A DNA stretch of 40,552 nt, from IMG/VR virus record IMGVR_UViG_3300009075_000007, positions 1-40,552 of that record; one strand, 5' to 3'. Both the position numbers and the translations under genes were made by a program. This stretch comes from a virus. Taxonomy: Duplodnaviria > Caudoviricetes. Positions 26,739-35,039 of this stretch are shown here, piece after piece; within the stretch, counting starts at the first letter, position 1, and every line of letters starts with the position of its first letter. Below the pieces are notes generated by a model. It was not told the DNA's origin. It saw only the letters and a list, made by a program, of their open reading frames with translations, and did not search any database.

Positions 26739-26778
26739 TTGGGGTCTCCCTGTTGGCGTACCGGGAGCGGCCCGGCGT

Positions 26779-26835
26779 TGACTCATCGGTGCGAGAGCGA
26801 CTCGCAGACAGGCCCGCGTGGGGCCTGTTTCGTCA
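26779..26835 (-). ncRNA. Type II hammerhead ribozyme HH3 with CCGAUGA core variant
   Basis: UGAC GAAA CAGGCCC-CACGC-GGGCCUG UC^ UGCGAG-UCGCU-CUCGCA CCGAUGA GUCA; all three stems fully paired; predicted cut 26807/26806. Confidence 0.85.
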
Positions 26836-27060
26836 TCACCGGTTCAGCGCCCGGTGCCAGCTGGCCAGATACTCGGCTTCCCGCTGCGCCGTCGACGGGT
26901 CGTAGAAGGGCCGGCCTGTGAGGAACTCGCCGCCGGGCCCGGTCACCGTGTACCGGCGGGAATCCCTGTTGCCGTCGGTCTCCCAGACCTCGACGACGAA
27001 CGGGAAGGCCGGGCCGGCGCTATGGGCCTGAATGCCGGCGTTGTTCGATAGATGTCCCAT
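26836..27060 (-). CDS. Hypothetical protein
   Basis: ATG 27060 with RBS AGGAG. Confidence 0.7.
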   Translation of the reverse strand: MGHLSNNAGIQAHSAGPAFPFVVEVWETDGNRDSRRYTVTGPGGEFLTGRPFYDPSTAQREAEYLASWHRALNR

Positions 27061-27061
27061 G

Positions 27062-27355
27062 TCACTCTCCTGTCGCTTCGGTGATGGCCGTGAGCAGCCG
27101 TTCGCGCTGCGAGAAGTTGCCAGCAAGCCGAGCGTATTCCGCCGCCTCTCGCAAGGCGGTCAACATGATCGGAGCGGCCCGCATCAGCCGCGCGTTCGCC
27201 TTGGCCTCGTACCAGCCGGCCATCTTGTCTTCACGGGCCAGTACCTTGACCGCCGCGATCTGTTCGCCACTGGGCGCGTCGATGCGGGAGCTATCCCGCT
27301 GCGTGTCCGACACGTTGACGTGTACGGCCCAAGGGCCGGGGGTGTGCTTGTCCAT
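27062..27355 (-). CDS. Conserved phage protein (HTPGPW...ANARLxxAAP family)
   Basis: Both motifs present; RBS AAGGAG. Confidence 0.8.
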   Translation of the reverse strand: MDKHTPGPWAVHVNVSDTQRDSSRIDAPSGEQIAAVKVLAREDKMAGWYEAKANARLMRAAPIMLTALREAAEYARLAGNFSQRERLLTAITEATGE

Positions 27356-27367
27356 GTCAGTTCTCCT

Positions 27368-27538
27368 TCAGCGCAGCTTCAAAGCCTGCAGGATGTCGAA
27401 GCGGAGCTGGCCAGCGCCGAGCTCTCTGTACAGCGACTGCGCGTCGTTCTTGGCCACGGCATCGAGCACCTTGCGCAGCGTCCGTTCGAGGCTGTTGCGT
27501 TCGGCGACGAGCTTGTTGTATTCGGAGCGGGGGATCAT
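27368..27538 (-). CDS. 56-aa hypothetical protein
   Basis: ATG 27538 with RBS GGAG (MIPRSEYNKL...). Confidence 0.65.
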   Translation of the reverse strand: MIPRSEYNKLVAERNSLERTLRKVLDAVAKNDAQSLYRELGAGQLRFDILQALKLR

Positions 27539-27552
27539 GTCAGTCTCCGGTT

Positions 27553-27816
27553 TCAGAGGGTGATGGTGATTTTCTTGACGAGGCGCAGCGGGTCGCCGGT
27601 CTCCGAGGAGACAACGCCACGGTGATCTGCTTCCCACCCGTCGACGGTGGCCGTGTCGTACACGTTCACGTTCGCCTCGGCGATTTTGTAGTATTTGCCC
27701 CAGTCGGCCTTGACCCGCTTCGCGGCAGCCTTGGCGGCAGCCTCGGGGGTGGCACCGTAGGCCCACGACGAGCCGGCACCGATGAACACGATGCCGCAGA
27801 AGTCCTTGTCTTTCAT
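27553..27816 (-). CDS. Hypothetical protein, first gene of the early operon
   Basis: ATG 27816 with RBS GGGAGG. Confidence 0.75.
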   Translation of the reverse strand: MKDKDFCGIVFIGAGSSWAYGATPEAAAKAAAKRVKADWGKYYKIAEANVNVYDTATVDGWEADHRGVVSSETGDPLRLVKKITITL

Positions 27817-28085
27817 GTCTGCCTCCCAGCAGTGCGATGCGACAGTTGCATCTGGCAGCGCCCCGTTGGGCGAGACGCTGCGGGCTGCAATATCAGGGTG
27901 TTTCCAAAGATCCAAGAGGCGTTATCTCCGCCTCTACCCTCGCGCTCCCCGATCAGTTGGCTCCGAATCGGCTCTCAGCGGTCTGGCCAGTGCGCCTCGG
28001 GTTTCCCCCTAGATCAGCGTCCAGCTGGTGCCCCTTTTGTATCCCGCTGGCCCTTCGCGGCCCGGCTAGTAGCGCCGGAGACCAA

Positions 28086-28125
28086 AGCATGACACATTGT
28101 GTTGACACGCTACAACTCCTTGATT
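28086..28125 (-). promoter_or_regulatory. Putative early promoter with overlapping IHF-consensus site
   Basis: TTGTAG-18-CATGCT with extended TG; AATCAAGGAGTTG (28125-28113) fits WATCAAnnnnTTR; near-palindrome ACACA-T-TGTGT in the spacer. Confidence 0.55.
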
Positions 28126-28333
28126 TGTAAGGGAAATAATACTTGACTGAATCGTGCGGGTTTTACAGGGCCGCAATTTTGTGCCCGCCACGAGTTATGC
28201 CGGGCCCGTGGCCCTCGGTCTGTGCGTTGGCGCACACTGGCGGGCCTATTTTTGGGGCCCGACTTGCGCTATCGCCCCTCTCAGGGAAAATCTCGACTCG
28301 TACGCGCCCGAATCCCCTCTGAAGGAATGCTCT

Positions 28334-28819
28334 GTGCCCGCTGGTCGCCCGTCCACTTACACCGTCGAGCTCGCCCGTGAGATTTGCGAGCGAATCGCCC
28401 ACGGCGAGGTGCTGAACCAGATCTGCCGCGACGAGCACATGCCTGCGCGGCCGACGGTCATAGGCTGGCTGCGCGCGCACCCCGAGTTCGATGCCGAGTA
28501 CATCCGCTCGCGCGAGCAGATGATGGACATCTGGGCCGAGGAGGTCGTGGAGATCTCCGAGGACGGCACCAACGACTGGATGGAGCGCGAGATCGCCAAC
28601 GGCCGGGTCGTCACCGTGACGAACGCCGAGGCCACGGCACGCTCGAAGCTGCGCGTCGACTCGCGCAAGTGGCTCCTATCGAAGCTCCGGCCCGAGACCT
28701 ATGGCGATAGCCAGCGGATCGATCTCAAGGGCAAGATCACCCTATCGGAGAAGGAGATCGACGGCCAGCTCGCCGCCTTGCTGCTGAAGGCGACGGCGAA
28801 GAAGGGCGACGCCGAATGA
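28334..28819 (+). CDS. terS: Terminase small subunit (Sf6-like)
   Basis: 'GRPSTYT.ELAREICERIA.G....IC....MP...TV..WL', 'KLRVDSRKWLLSKL.PE.YGD'; RBS AAGGA, GTG 28334. Confidence 0.9.
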   Translation: MPAGRPSTYTVELAREICERIAHGEVLNQICRDEHMPARPTVIGWLRAHPEFDAEYIRSREQMMDIWAEEVVEISEDGTNDWMEREIANGRVVTVTNAEATARSKLRVDSRKWLLSKLRPETYGDSQRIDLKGKITLSEKEIDGQLAALLLKATAKKGDAE

Positions 28820-30291
28820 GTGCGGTGCTCGACGAGCTGCGGCACGTCGACCTGAAGACGCTGTCGAAGGCCGACAAGCTGCAGCTCATCGAGCTGCTCG
28901 CCACGCGTGAGCGGCTGATCGCCGAGAACCAGCTCGCGCGATACAGGCCCTACCCCAAGCAGGCAGAGTTCCACGCCGCTGGCGGCTTCGCCGGCGTGCG
29001 CGAGCGCCTGCTGATCGCCGGCAACCAGCTCGGCAAGACGTGGTCAGCCGGCTTCGAGGTCGCCATGCACGCGAGCGGCCTGTACCCGGACGACTGGCGA
29101 GGCAAGCGCTGGAAGCGGCCCGTGGTCGGATGGGCCAGCGGCGTGACCGGCGAGAGCACGCGCGACAACCCGCAGCGGATCCTGCTTGGACGCGTCGGCT
29201 CGTGGGGCACCGGGTCGATCCCGGCGATCGCCATGCAGCCGATCGACAAGTCGATCATCCGCAGCTCGCACGGCGTGGCCGACGCAGTCGATCACGTCAA
29301 GGTCAAGCACGTCAGCGGCGGCACCTCGCTCATCTACTTCAAGCACTACTCGCAAGGCCGCGAGAAGTGGCAGGGTGAGTCGCTCGACTTCGTCTGGTTC
29401 GACGAGGAGCCGCCCGAGGACATCTACAGCGAGGGCCTGACCCGGACGAACGCGACGAAGGGCATCACGTTCATCACCTTCACGCCTTTGTTGGGTATGT
29501 CGAACGTCGTGAAGCGGTTCCTGCTCGACAAGCAGCCCGGCACGCACGTGACACAGATGACGATCGAGGACGCGCTGCACTACACCCCGGAGGAGCGCGC
29601 GACCATCATCGCCAGCTACCCGGCGCACGAGCGCGAGGCCCGCACGATGGGCATCCCGATCATGGGCTCGGGGCGCGTGTTCCCGGTCGAGGAGGGGGCT
29701 TTCAGCGAGGGCCGCATCGAGATCCCGCACTACTGGCCGCGCATCGCCGCGCTCGACTTCGGATGGGATCACCCGACGGCCGTCGTCTGGCTCGCATGGG
29801 ATCGCGACAACGACGTGATCCACCTCTACGACTGCTACCGCGTGCGGCAGGAGTCGGTGCTGATCCACGCCGAGGCGATCAAGGCGCGCGGCGCATGGAT
29901 CCCCGTGGCATGGCCGCACGATGGTCGCAACGAGACGGCACAGGCTCAAGGCGTGAGCCTGTCGGCGCAGTACCGCAAGCGCGGCGTCAACATGACCCGC
30001 GACGCAGCGACATGGCCCGACGGCAGCAACGGCGTCGAGGCAGGCATCATGGACATGCTCGACCGCATGCAGACCGGTCGACTGCGTGTCGCCTCGCACC
30101 TGTCGGACTGGTGGGAAGAGTTCCGTATCTACCATCGCGAAGACGGCAAGCTGGTGAAGAAGGGCGACGACCTGATGAGCGCCACCCGCTACGCGATCAT
30201 GATGCTGCGCAAGGCGGACGTGATGCCCAGCACACTGCCCAAATACGAAACCGTCGGCTACGGCGTGCTGGACGCCGAGACCGGCTTTTAA
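28816..30291 (+). CDS. terL: Terminase large subunit (P22-like)
   Basis: Walker A 'AGNQLGKT', Walker B 'VWFDEEP', 'TFTP', nuclease 'LDFGWDHP', 'DDLMSATRY'. Confidence 0.96.
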   Translation: MSAVLDELRHVDLKTLSKADKLQLIELLATRERLIAENQLARYRPYPKQAEFHAAGGFAGVRERLLIAGNQLGKTWSAGFEVAMHASGLYPDDWRGKRWKRPVVGWASGVTGESTRDNPQRILLGRVGSWGTGSIPAIAMQPIDKSIIRSSHGVADAVDHVKVKHVSGGTSLIYFKHYSQGREKWQGESLDFVWFDEEPPEDIYSEGLTRTNATKGITFITFTPLLGMSNVVKRFLLDKQPGTHVTQMTIEDALHYTPEERATIIASYPAHEREARTMGIPIMGSGRVFPVEEGAFSEGRIEIPHYWPRIAALDFGWDHPTAVVWLAWDRDNDVIHLYDCYRVRQESVLIHAEAIKARGAWIPVAWPHDGRNETAQAQGVSLSAQYRKRGVNMTRDAATWPDGSNGVEAGIMDMLDRMQTGRLRVASHLSDWWEEFRIYHREDGKLVKKGDDLMSATRYAIMMLRKADVMPSTLPKYETVGYGVLDAETGF

Positions 30292-30304
30292 CTGGAGAAG
30301 AACC

Positions 30305-30742
30305 ATGCTGACCATCGGACGCATCGTCATCGTTCATCAAAGCGGCAACGAGATCCCCGCCATCGTCACCGAGGTCAACGGCACCTCGTGCTGCGTGACC
30401 GCCTTCCCGCCGCGCCGCAGCCCGGTCACGATCCTCGACATGCCTTGGTTCCGCGCCCGGCACGAGGCTCTCGAATGGCTCAGCGCGCAGTCAGCACAAA
30501 ATACGCACGTCGGCTACCTGCCGTACAAGGGCGACGAGGCACTGCCGGTCGACTCGCTCGCGCAGGTCAGCTCGGCGCTGGCCGACAACGACGCCGAGCT
30601 GCGCCAGCTGGTCGAGCGCGTGGGCACCGAGCCCGCGCCGACCCACGACTTGCAGGATGCCGAGATCGGCAGGACACTCCCGCCCATCCGGGGCGTGCTG
30701 ACCGTGCCGCTCGACCCGCTCATCTTCGGAACGAAACCATGA
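30305..30742 (+). CDS. Hypothetical protein
   Basis: RBS GGAG; 'TIGRIV...PAIVTEV' SH3-like start. Confidence 0.75.
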   Translation: MLTIGRIVIVHQSGNEIPAIVTEVNGTSCCVTAFPPRRSPVTILDMPWFRARHEALEWLSAQSAQNTHVGYLPYKGDEALPVDSLAQVSSALADNDAELRQLVERVGTEPAPTHDLQDAEIGRTLPPIRGVLTVPLDPLIFGTKP

Positions 30743-30852
30743 CCTTCCTCCTCGGCCTATTGCTCGGTGCTGCCCCGTTCCTCGTCTGGCCGACGCTGGG
30801 CGGGCGGATCCGCGAGACCGTGCTCGCCGGCATCAGGGCGAAGAAGGAGTAA
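30739..30852 (+). CDS. 37-aa membrane peptide
   Basis: MTFLLGLLLGAAPFLVWP...; ATGA overlap; its end carries the portal RBS. Confidence 0.6.
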   Translation: MTFLLGLLLGAAPFLVWPTLGGRIRETVLAGIRAKKE

Positions 30853-30855
30853 CCG

Positions 30856-33210
30856 GTGGCCAATGCCGTTGCAGCCTCCTTCCCCATGCTGCCGTCCTCT
30901 GCAGACGTGGGCGGCGACCCCTCTGTCGAGCTGACCGAGGAGGAGCAGGAACAGGTCGACCGGCTGCAGCGCTTCGGCGCGGAGCTGGCCAAGAGCCGGC
31001 GCTCTGCGATCGAGGCGCGCGCGGCCTCCGGCGTCGAGCGGCGCTGGATCGAGGACGACGACGCCTATCACGGTCGAGACGGGATGAACGCCCGCACCGA
31101 CATGGTGATGACCGTGGCCGGCGAAGCCCGCCCAGCGAGCCGCGCCGGCGCAGCGCCCAGCCGGGCCACCACGTTCGTCCAGCTCACGCGCCAGAAGACG
31201 AACGCGGCTGCCGCCCGGCTCAGCGACATGCTGTACCCGGCCGACGATCGCAACTGGTCGATCTCGCCCACGCCCGTGCCCGAGCTGTCCCGCCTGCTCA
31301 AGGAAGAGGGCGAGCGCGACTTCGTCGACCCGCAGACCGGCGGCCCCCTACCACACCCGGTCGAGGAACGGAACATCCAGCTGAAGGACTTGGCCGTCGA
31401 GCGCATGGCGCAGGCGACCGAGCAGTCGAACGCGATGCAGCGCGAGATAGACGACGCGCTGGTGGAGTGCCAGTACAACTACGAGGGCCGCAAGGTGATT
31501 GCCGATGCGGCGCGCCTCGGCTGCGGCATCCTCAAGGGCCCGCTGATCATCAACCGGACGAAGAAGAAATGGGGCAAGCAGCAGACGGCCGACGGCAAGG
31601 CCGTGCATATGCTGGAGATCGTCGAGCAGACCCGCCCGGCCAGCGTGCGCGTCGACCCGTGGAACTTCTTCCCTGACCCGAGCTGCGGCGAGGACATCCA
31701 GACCGGCTCGCACACATGGGAACGGGAGTACGTCGCCGGCCGCGAGCTGCGCAGGCTCGCCCGCACCGAGGGCTACCTGTCGGGCCAGATCAACGAATGC
31801 CTACGCGAGGGCCCGCAGCACTACACGGCCGCCGGCGCGTACAAGCCCGAGAGTCGCGGCGACGGGGAGTACCAGTCGCCGACCGTCTTCAACGACTCAC
31901 GGTTCGAGATCTGGACGTACGTCGGCGAGGTGACCCGCGAGCAGCTGATCTCCACCGGCGCGCTCGACGCAGGCGACACCGACGACTCAGCGCCCGACAG
32001 CCACCTCGACCTGATCAGCGCCGTGGTCGTGCTCTGCAACGAGCGCGTCATCAAGGCGATGATCAACCCGCTCGACACCGAGGATCTACCCTACGACGTG
32101 TTCATCTGGGAAAAGATCTCAGGCAGCCCGTGGGGCGCTGGCATCCCGTACCTGATGCGCTATGCGCAGCGCACCGTCAACGCCGCATGGCGCGCGATGC
32201 TGGACAACGCCGCGATGAGCCACGGCCCGCAGATCGTGCTGCGCAGGCAGCACATTCAGCCGGCCGACGGGCGCTGGGAAATCACCGGCCGCAAGCTCTG
32301 GTACGCGAGCGAGGAGGTCGACGAGGTCAAGAAGGCCTTCGACGTCTACGACATCCCCTGTCGCCAAGGCGACCTGAAGGCGATCATCGAGATGGCGATG
32401 GCCTTCGCCGACCAAGAGACCTCCCTACCGCAGATCTCCCAAGGTGAGCAAGGCTCAGCGCCTGAGACCGTTGGCGGCATGACCATCCTGATGAACAGCG
32501 CGAACACGGTGCTGCGCCGTCTCGTCAAGCAGTACGACGACATGGTGACCAAGCCGCACATCACGCGCTACTACGACTGGTTCATGCAGTACAGCGAGAA
32601 GGAGGAGATCAAGGGCGACTTCGAGGTTCACGCCCGTGGCTCCTCGGCGCTGATCGTGCGCGACATGCAGCAGCAGATGCTGGTGCAGCTGCTCAGCATG
32701 ACCGACCATCCGACCTTCGGCGTCTTCGTCGACCCCGAGAAGCTGTTCCGCAAGACCCTCGAATCGGGGCATGTCTCCGCAAGCGACGTCATGCGCAGCA
32801 AGGAAGAGATCGCCGAACGGCTGGCCAAGCCGCCCGAGGCCCCGCCCCCGGTGCCGGTGCAGGTCGCGCAGGTGCGCGCGCAGGCCGACCTGCAGAAGGT
32901 GCAGATCGACACCGAGAGCGAGAAGGTCAATCAGGAGCTGCGCATGCAGCAGGCGCGCGACGAGCGTTCCTCGCGCCTGCACGAGATGGCACTCGAACGA
33001 GACCTGATGATCCTGAAGTTCGCGCACGAGCGGAACCTGCAGATCAGCGAGGTCAAGGCGATGCTGGCCAAGACGGTGATCGAGCAGCAAAGCAAGCGCC
33101 GCGACGCCGAAGCGAACCGCAGGGTGAAGCAGGCCGACGCAATGGCCCGTGGGCCCACGAGCGGCAACCCGCGAGACATCAAACAACCGCCCGCAGTGGC
33201 AACGAGGTAA
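30856..33210 (+). CDS. Portal protein with long C-terminal helical barrel (podovirus-type)
   Basis: 784 aa after terL; 'VDPWNFFPDP', 'WGAGIP..MR.AQ...NAAWRAMLDNA', 'TVGGMTILM', 'IKGDFEV.ARG'. Confidence 0.9.
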   Translation: MANAVAASFPMLPSSADVGGDPSVELTEEEQEQVDRLQRFGAELAKSRRSAIEARAASGVERRWIEDDDAYHGRDGMNARTDMVMTVAGEARPASRAGAAPSRATTFVQLTRQKTNAAAARLSDMLYPADDRNWSISPTPVPELSRLLKEEGERDFVDPQTGGPLPHPVEERNIQLKDLAVERMAQATEQSNAMQREIDDALVECQYNYEGRKVIADAARLGCGILKGPLIINRTKKKWGKQQTADGKAVHMLEIVEQTRPASVRVDPWNFFPDPSCGEDIQTGSHTWEREYVAGRELRRLARTEGYLSGQINECLREGPQHYTAAGAYKPESRGDGEYQSPTVFNDSRFEIWTYVGEVTREQLISTGALDAGDTDDSAPDSHLDLISAVVVLCNERVIKAMINPLDTEDLPYDVFIWEKISGSPWGAGIPYLMRYAQRTVNAAWRAMLDNAAMSHGPQIVLRRQHIQPADGRWEITGRKLWYASEEVDEVKKAFDVYDIPCRQGDLKAIIEMAMAFADQETSLPQISQGEQGSAPETVGGMTILMNSANTVLRRLVKQYDDMVTKPHITRYYDWFMQYSEKEEIKGDFEVHARGSSALIVRDMQQQMLVQLLSMTDHPTFGVFVDPEKLFRKTLESGHVSASDVMRSKEEIAERLAKPPEAPPPVPVQVAQVRAQADLQKVQIDTESEKVNQELRMQQARDERSSRLHEMALERDLMILKFAHERNLQISEVKAMLAKTVIEQQSKRRDAEANRRVKQADAMARGPTSGNPRDIKQPPAVATR

Positions 33211-33213
33211 GCG

Positions 33214-33588
33214 ATGACGACGAGAGCGATGGTCGCCTCGATCCCTGCCGGGGATCAGATGACGCGAAAGCTGAGCTGGACAGGCTTGGCGAACACCGAC
33301 GATGGTGCGCCGATCGGCCCCGACTGGTCGGCCTTCAGCGACCGCAGCGTGCAGGTCACAGGCACCTTCGGCGCTGGCGGCACGCTGCTCTGGGAAGGCA
33401 GCAACGACGGCGTCAACTACGCCACCCTGAACGTGCCCGCCGGCACCGCGTGCAGCTTCACCGCTGCCGGGCTGAAGCAGGTGCTCGAAGGGGCGCTGTA
33501 CATGCGCCCGCGAGTCAGCGCCGGCGATGGCACCACGTCGCTCGTGGTGACCGTCTTCGCACGCCGTCCGAACCAAGGGAGAACCTGA
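33214..33588 (+). CDS. Probable virion beta-sandwich protein
   Basis: 'DRSVQVTGTFG.GGT..WEGSNDG'; follows portal. Confidence 0.7.
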   Translation: MTTRAMVASIPAGDQMTRKLSWTGLANTDDGAPIGPDWSAFSDRSVQVTGTFGAGGTLLWEGSNDGVNYATLNVPAGTACSFTAAGLKQVLEGALYMRPRVSAGDGTTSLVVTVFARRPNQGRT

Positions 33589-33589
33589 C

Positions 33590-34123
33590 ATGGCGACCAA
33601 CCACAACGTGCTGGCCGACGCGCTCGATCGCATGGCACTACAGCAGGAGGCCGTCATCGAGGCGGCCCGCGCTTTCCGCGCCGTCGGCTCGGTCGAGGCT
33701 GCGATCGCCGCACGAGAGGCAGACCTGCGAAGCGTGAACAAGACGATCGAGGCGAAGAAGCAGGAGCTGGCCTCGCTCGACGAGCGGTTGCGCACTGGCA
33801 ACGACACGCTGGAAAAACTCAAGGCCGAAGCCGCGAAGCAGGTGGCCGAGCAGATCGCCGCTGCGCGCGAGCGCGCCGACGAGATGGTCAGCGCTGCCGA
33901 GGCACAAGCCGCAACGATGCGCGCCGACGTGGGCGCACAGGTGGATGGCATGACGGCCCGCGCAGCCGTTCAGGCCAAGCAGGCGCAGTCGGAGGCCGCC
34001 GCAGCGGTGGCCGAGATGAACGCCGCGCACAAAGCGCGTGACGAGGCAAACGCCGAGCTCAAATCCCTCAACCAGAAGCTTGCCGATGTCCGCGCGAAGA
34101 TGCGCGAGCTGATCGGCGAATAA
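33590..34123 (+). CDS. Coiled-coil hypothetical protein
   Basis: Ala/Glu/Lys heptads; RBS GGGAG. Confidence 0.75.
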   Translation: MATNHNVLADALDRMALQQEAVIEAARAFRAVGSVEAAIAAREADLRSVNKTIEAKKQELASLDERLRTGNDTLEKLKAEAAKQVAEQIAAARERADEMVSAAEAQAATMRADVGAQVDGMTARAAVQAKQAQSEAAAAVAEMNAAHKARDEANAELKSLNQKLADVRAKMRELIGE

Positions 34124-34133
34124 GGAAACCATC

Positions 34134-34532
34134 ATGGCACTTCAGTATTCGGACACCTATCGCAATGCGATGCTCGACGCGTTCGAGACCTCGGTCGGCA
34201 CAGACGCCAAGTTGCAGCTGCGCACCGGCGCGCAGCCGGCGACATGCGCCACGGCCGACAGCGGCACGCTGATCGCCGAGCTGACCCTACCGACCGATTG
34301 GATGAACGCCGCGTCGACGGGGTCGAAGACAAAACTCGGAACGTGGTCTGGAACGGCGAGTTCAGGCGGCACGCCGGCACACTTTCGCATCAAGAACAAC
34401 GCCGGCTCGACCTGCCACATGCAAGGCTCGGTCGGTCAGGGCACGGGCGACCTGTCGCTCGACAATACGACGATCACCAACGGCCAGACGATCACGATCA
34501 GCACCTTCACGCTGACCGCACCGGGTGCCTGA
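34134..34532 (+). CDS. Probable virion structural protein
   Basis: 'RNAMLDA...LQLRTGAQPA...GTLIAELTLP'; Thr/Gly-rich; RBS AAGGA. Confidence 0.75.
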   Translation: MALQYSDTYRNAMLDAFETSVGTDAKLQLRTGAQPATCATADSGTLIAELTLPTDWMNAASTGSKTKLGTWSGTASSGGTPAHFRIKNNAGSTCHMQGSVGQGTGDLSLDNTTITNGQTITISTFTLTAPGA

Positions 34533-34541
34533 TGAGCCGCT

Positions 34542-35039
34542 ATGCCGCATCACGTCTACCGATCCGGGTCGCCGATCCCGGTCGCAGCGCACGATGTCTG
34601 CCCTGCGTGCGGGCGTGCTTCGGACGAAGCGAAGCTGATGATCTACACGTCGAACCGCAAGATGAAGGTCGTGCCGATCGCGACCCTCACGGCGCTGCTG
34701 TCGAAGGACAAGTACGTCGAGCTGTGGGGCGACAAGGGCCTCGCCGGTCTGACTGGCATGTCCATCGTGGATCTTCTGCGCGAGTACCCGAAAGACTTCG
34801 TTCGCGTACACCGCAACGCAGCAGTCAGGCTGAACGCGATCACCGGTTCGACAGCGGCGCTCAACGAGACAGGCATCAGGCTCTTCGTCGAGGGCTGCCC
34901 CGAGGAGATCAAGGTCTCGCGGCGAGAGGTGGCGAACTTCACGTCGGCGATGGCCCGCACATTTACCTGCGAGCGGCAACAAAAGAGGCAGCCTCATGGA
35001 CTATGCAGCACTGAAGGCCGCGATCCTCGCGGAGACTGA
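34542..35039 (+). CDS. Solo LytTR-domain DNA-binding protein with N-terminal CxxC
   Basis: 'DKYVEL', 'FVRVHRNAAV...I', 'IKVSRR'; no receiver domain. Confidence 0.8.
   Translation: MPHHVYRSGSPIPVAAHDVCPACGRASDEAKLMIYTSNRKMKVVPIATLTALLSKDKYVELWGDKGLAGLTGMSIVDLLREYPKDFVRVHRNAAVRLNAITGSTAALNETGIRLFVEGCPEEIKVSRREVANFTSAMARTFTCERQQKRQPHGLCSTEGRDPRGD

Noticed and set aside
24132-26835. Intergenic repeats as CRISPR repeats, terminators or REP elements
   Set aside because: Gene-sized spacing, no U-tracts, and the conserved unpaired bases match the hammerhead core.
34529-34560. CTGATGA after the 34532 stop as a fifth hammerhead
   Set aside because: No GAAA strand or flanking stems found; the CTGATGA near 30172 is terL coding sequence.
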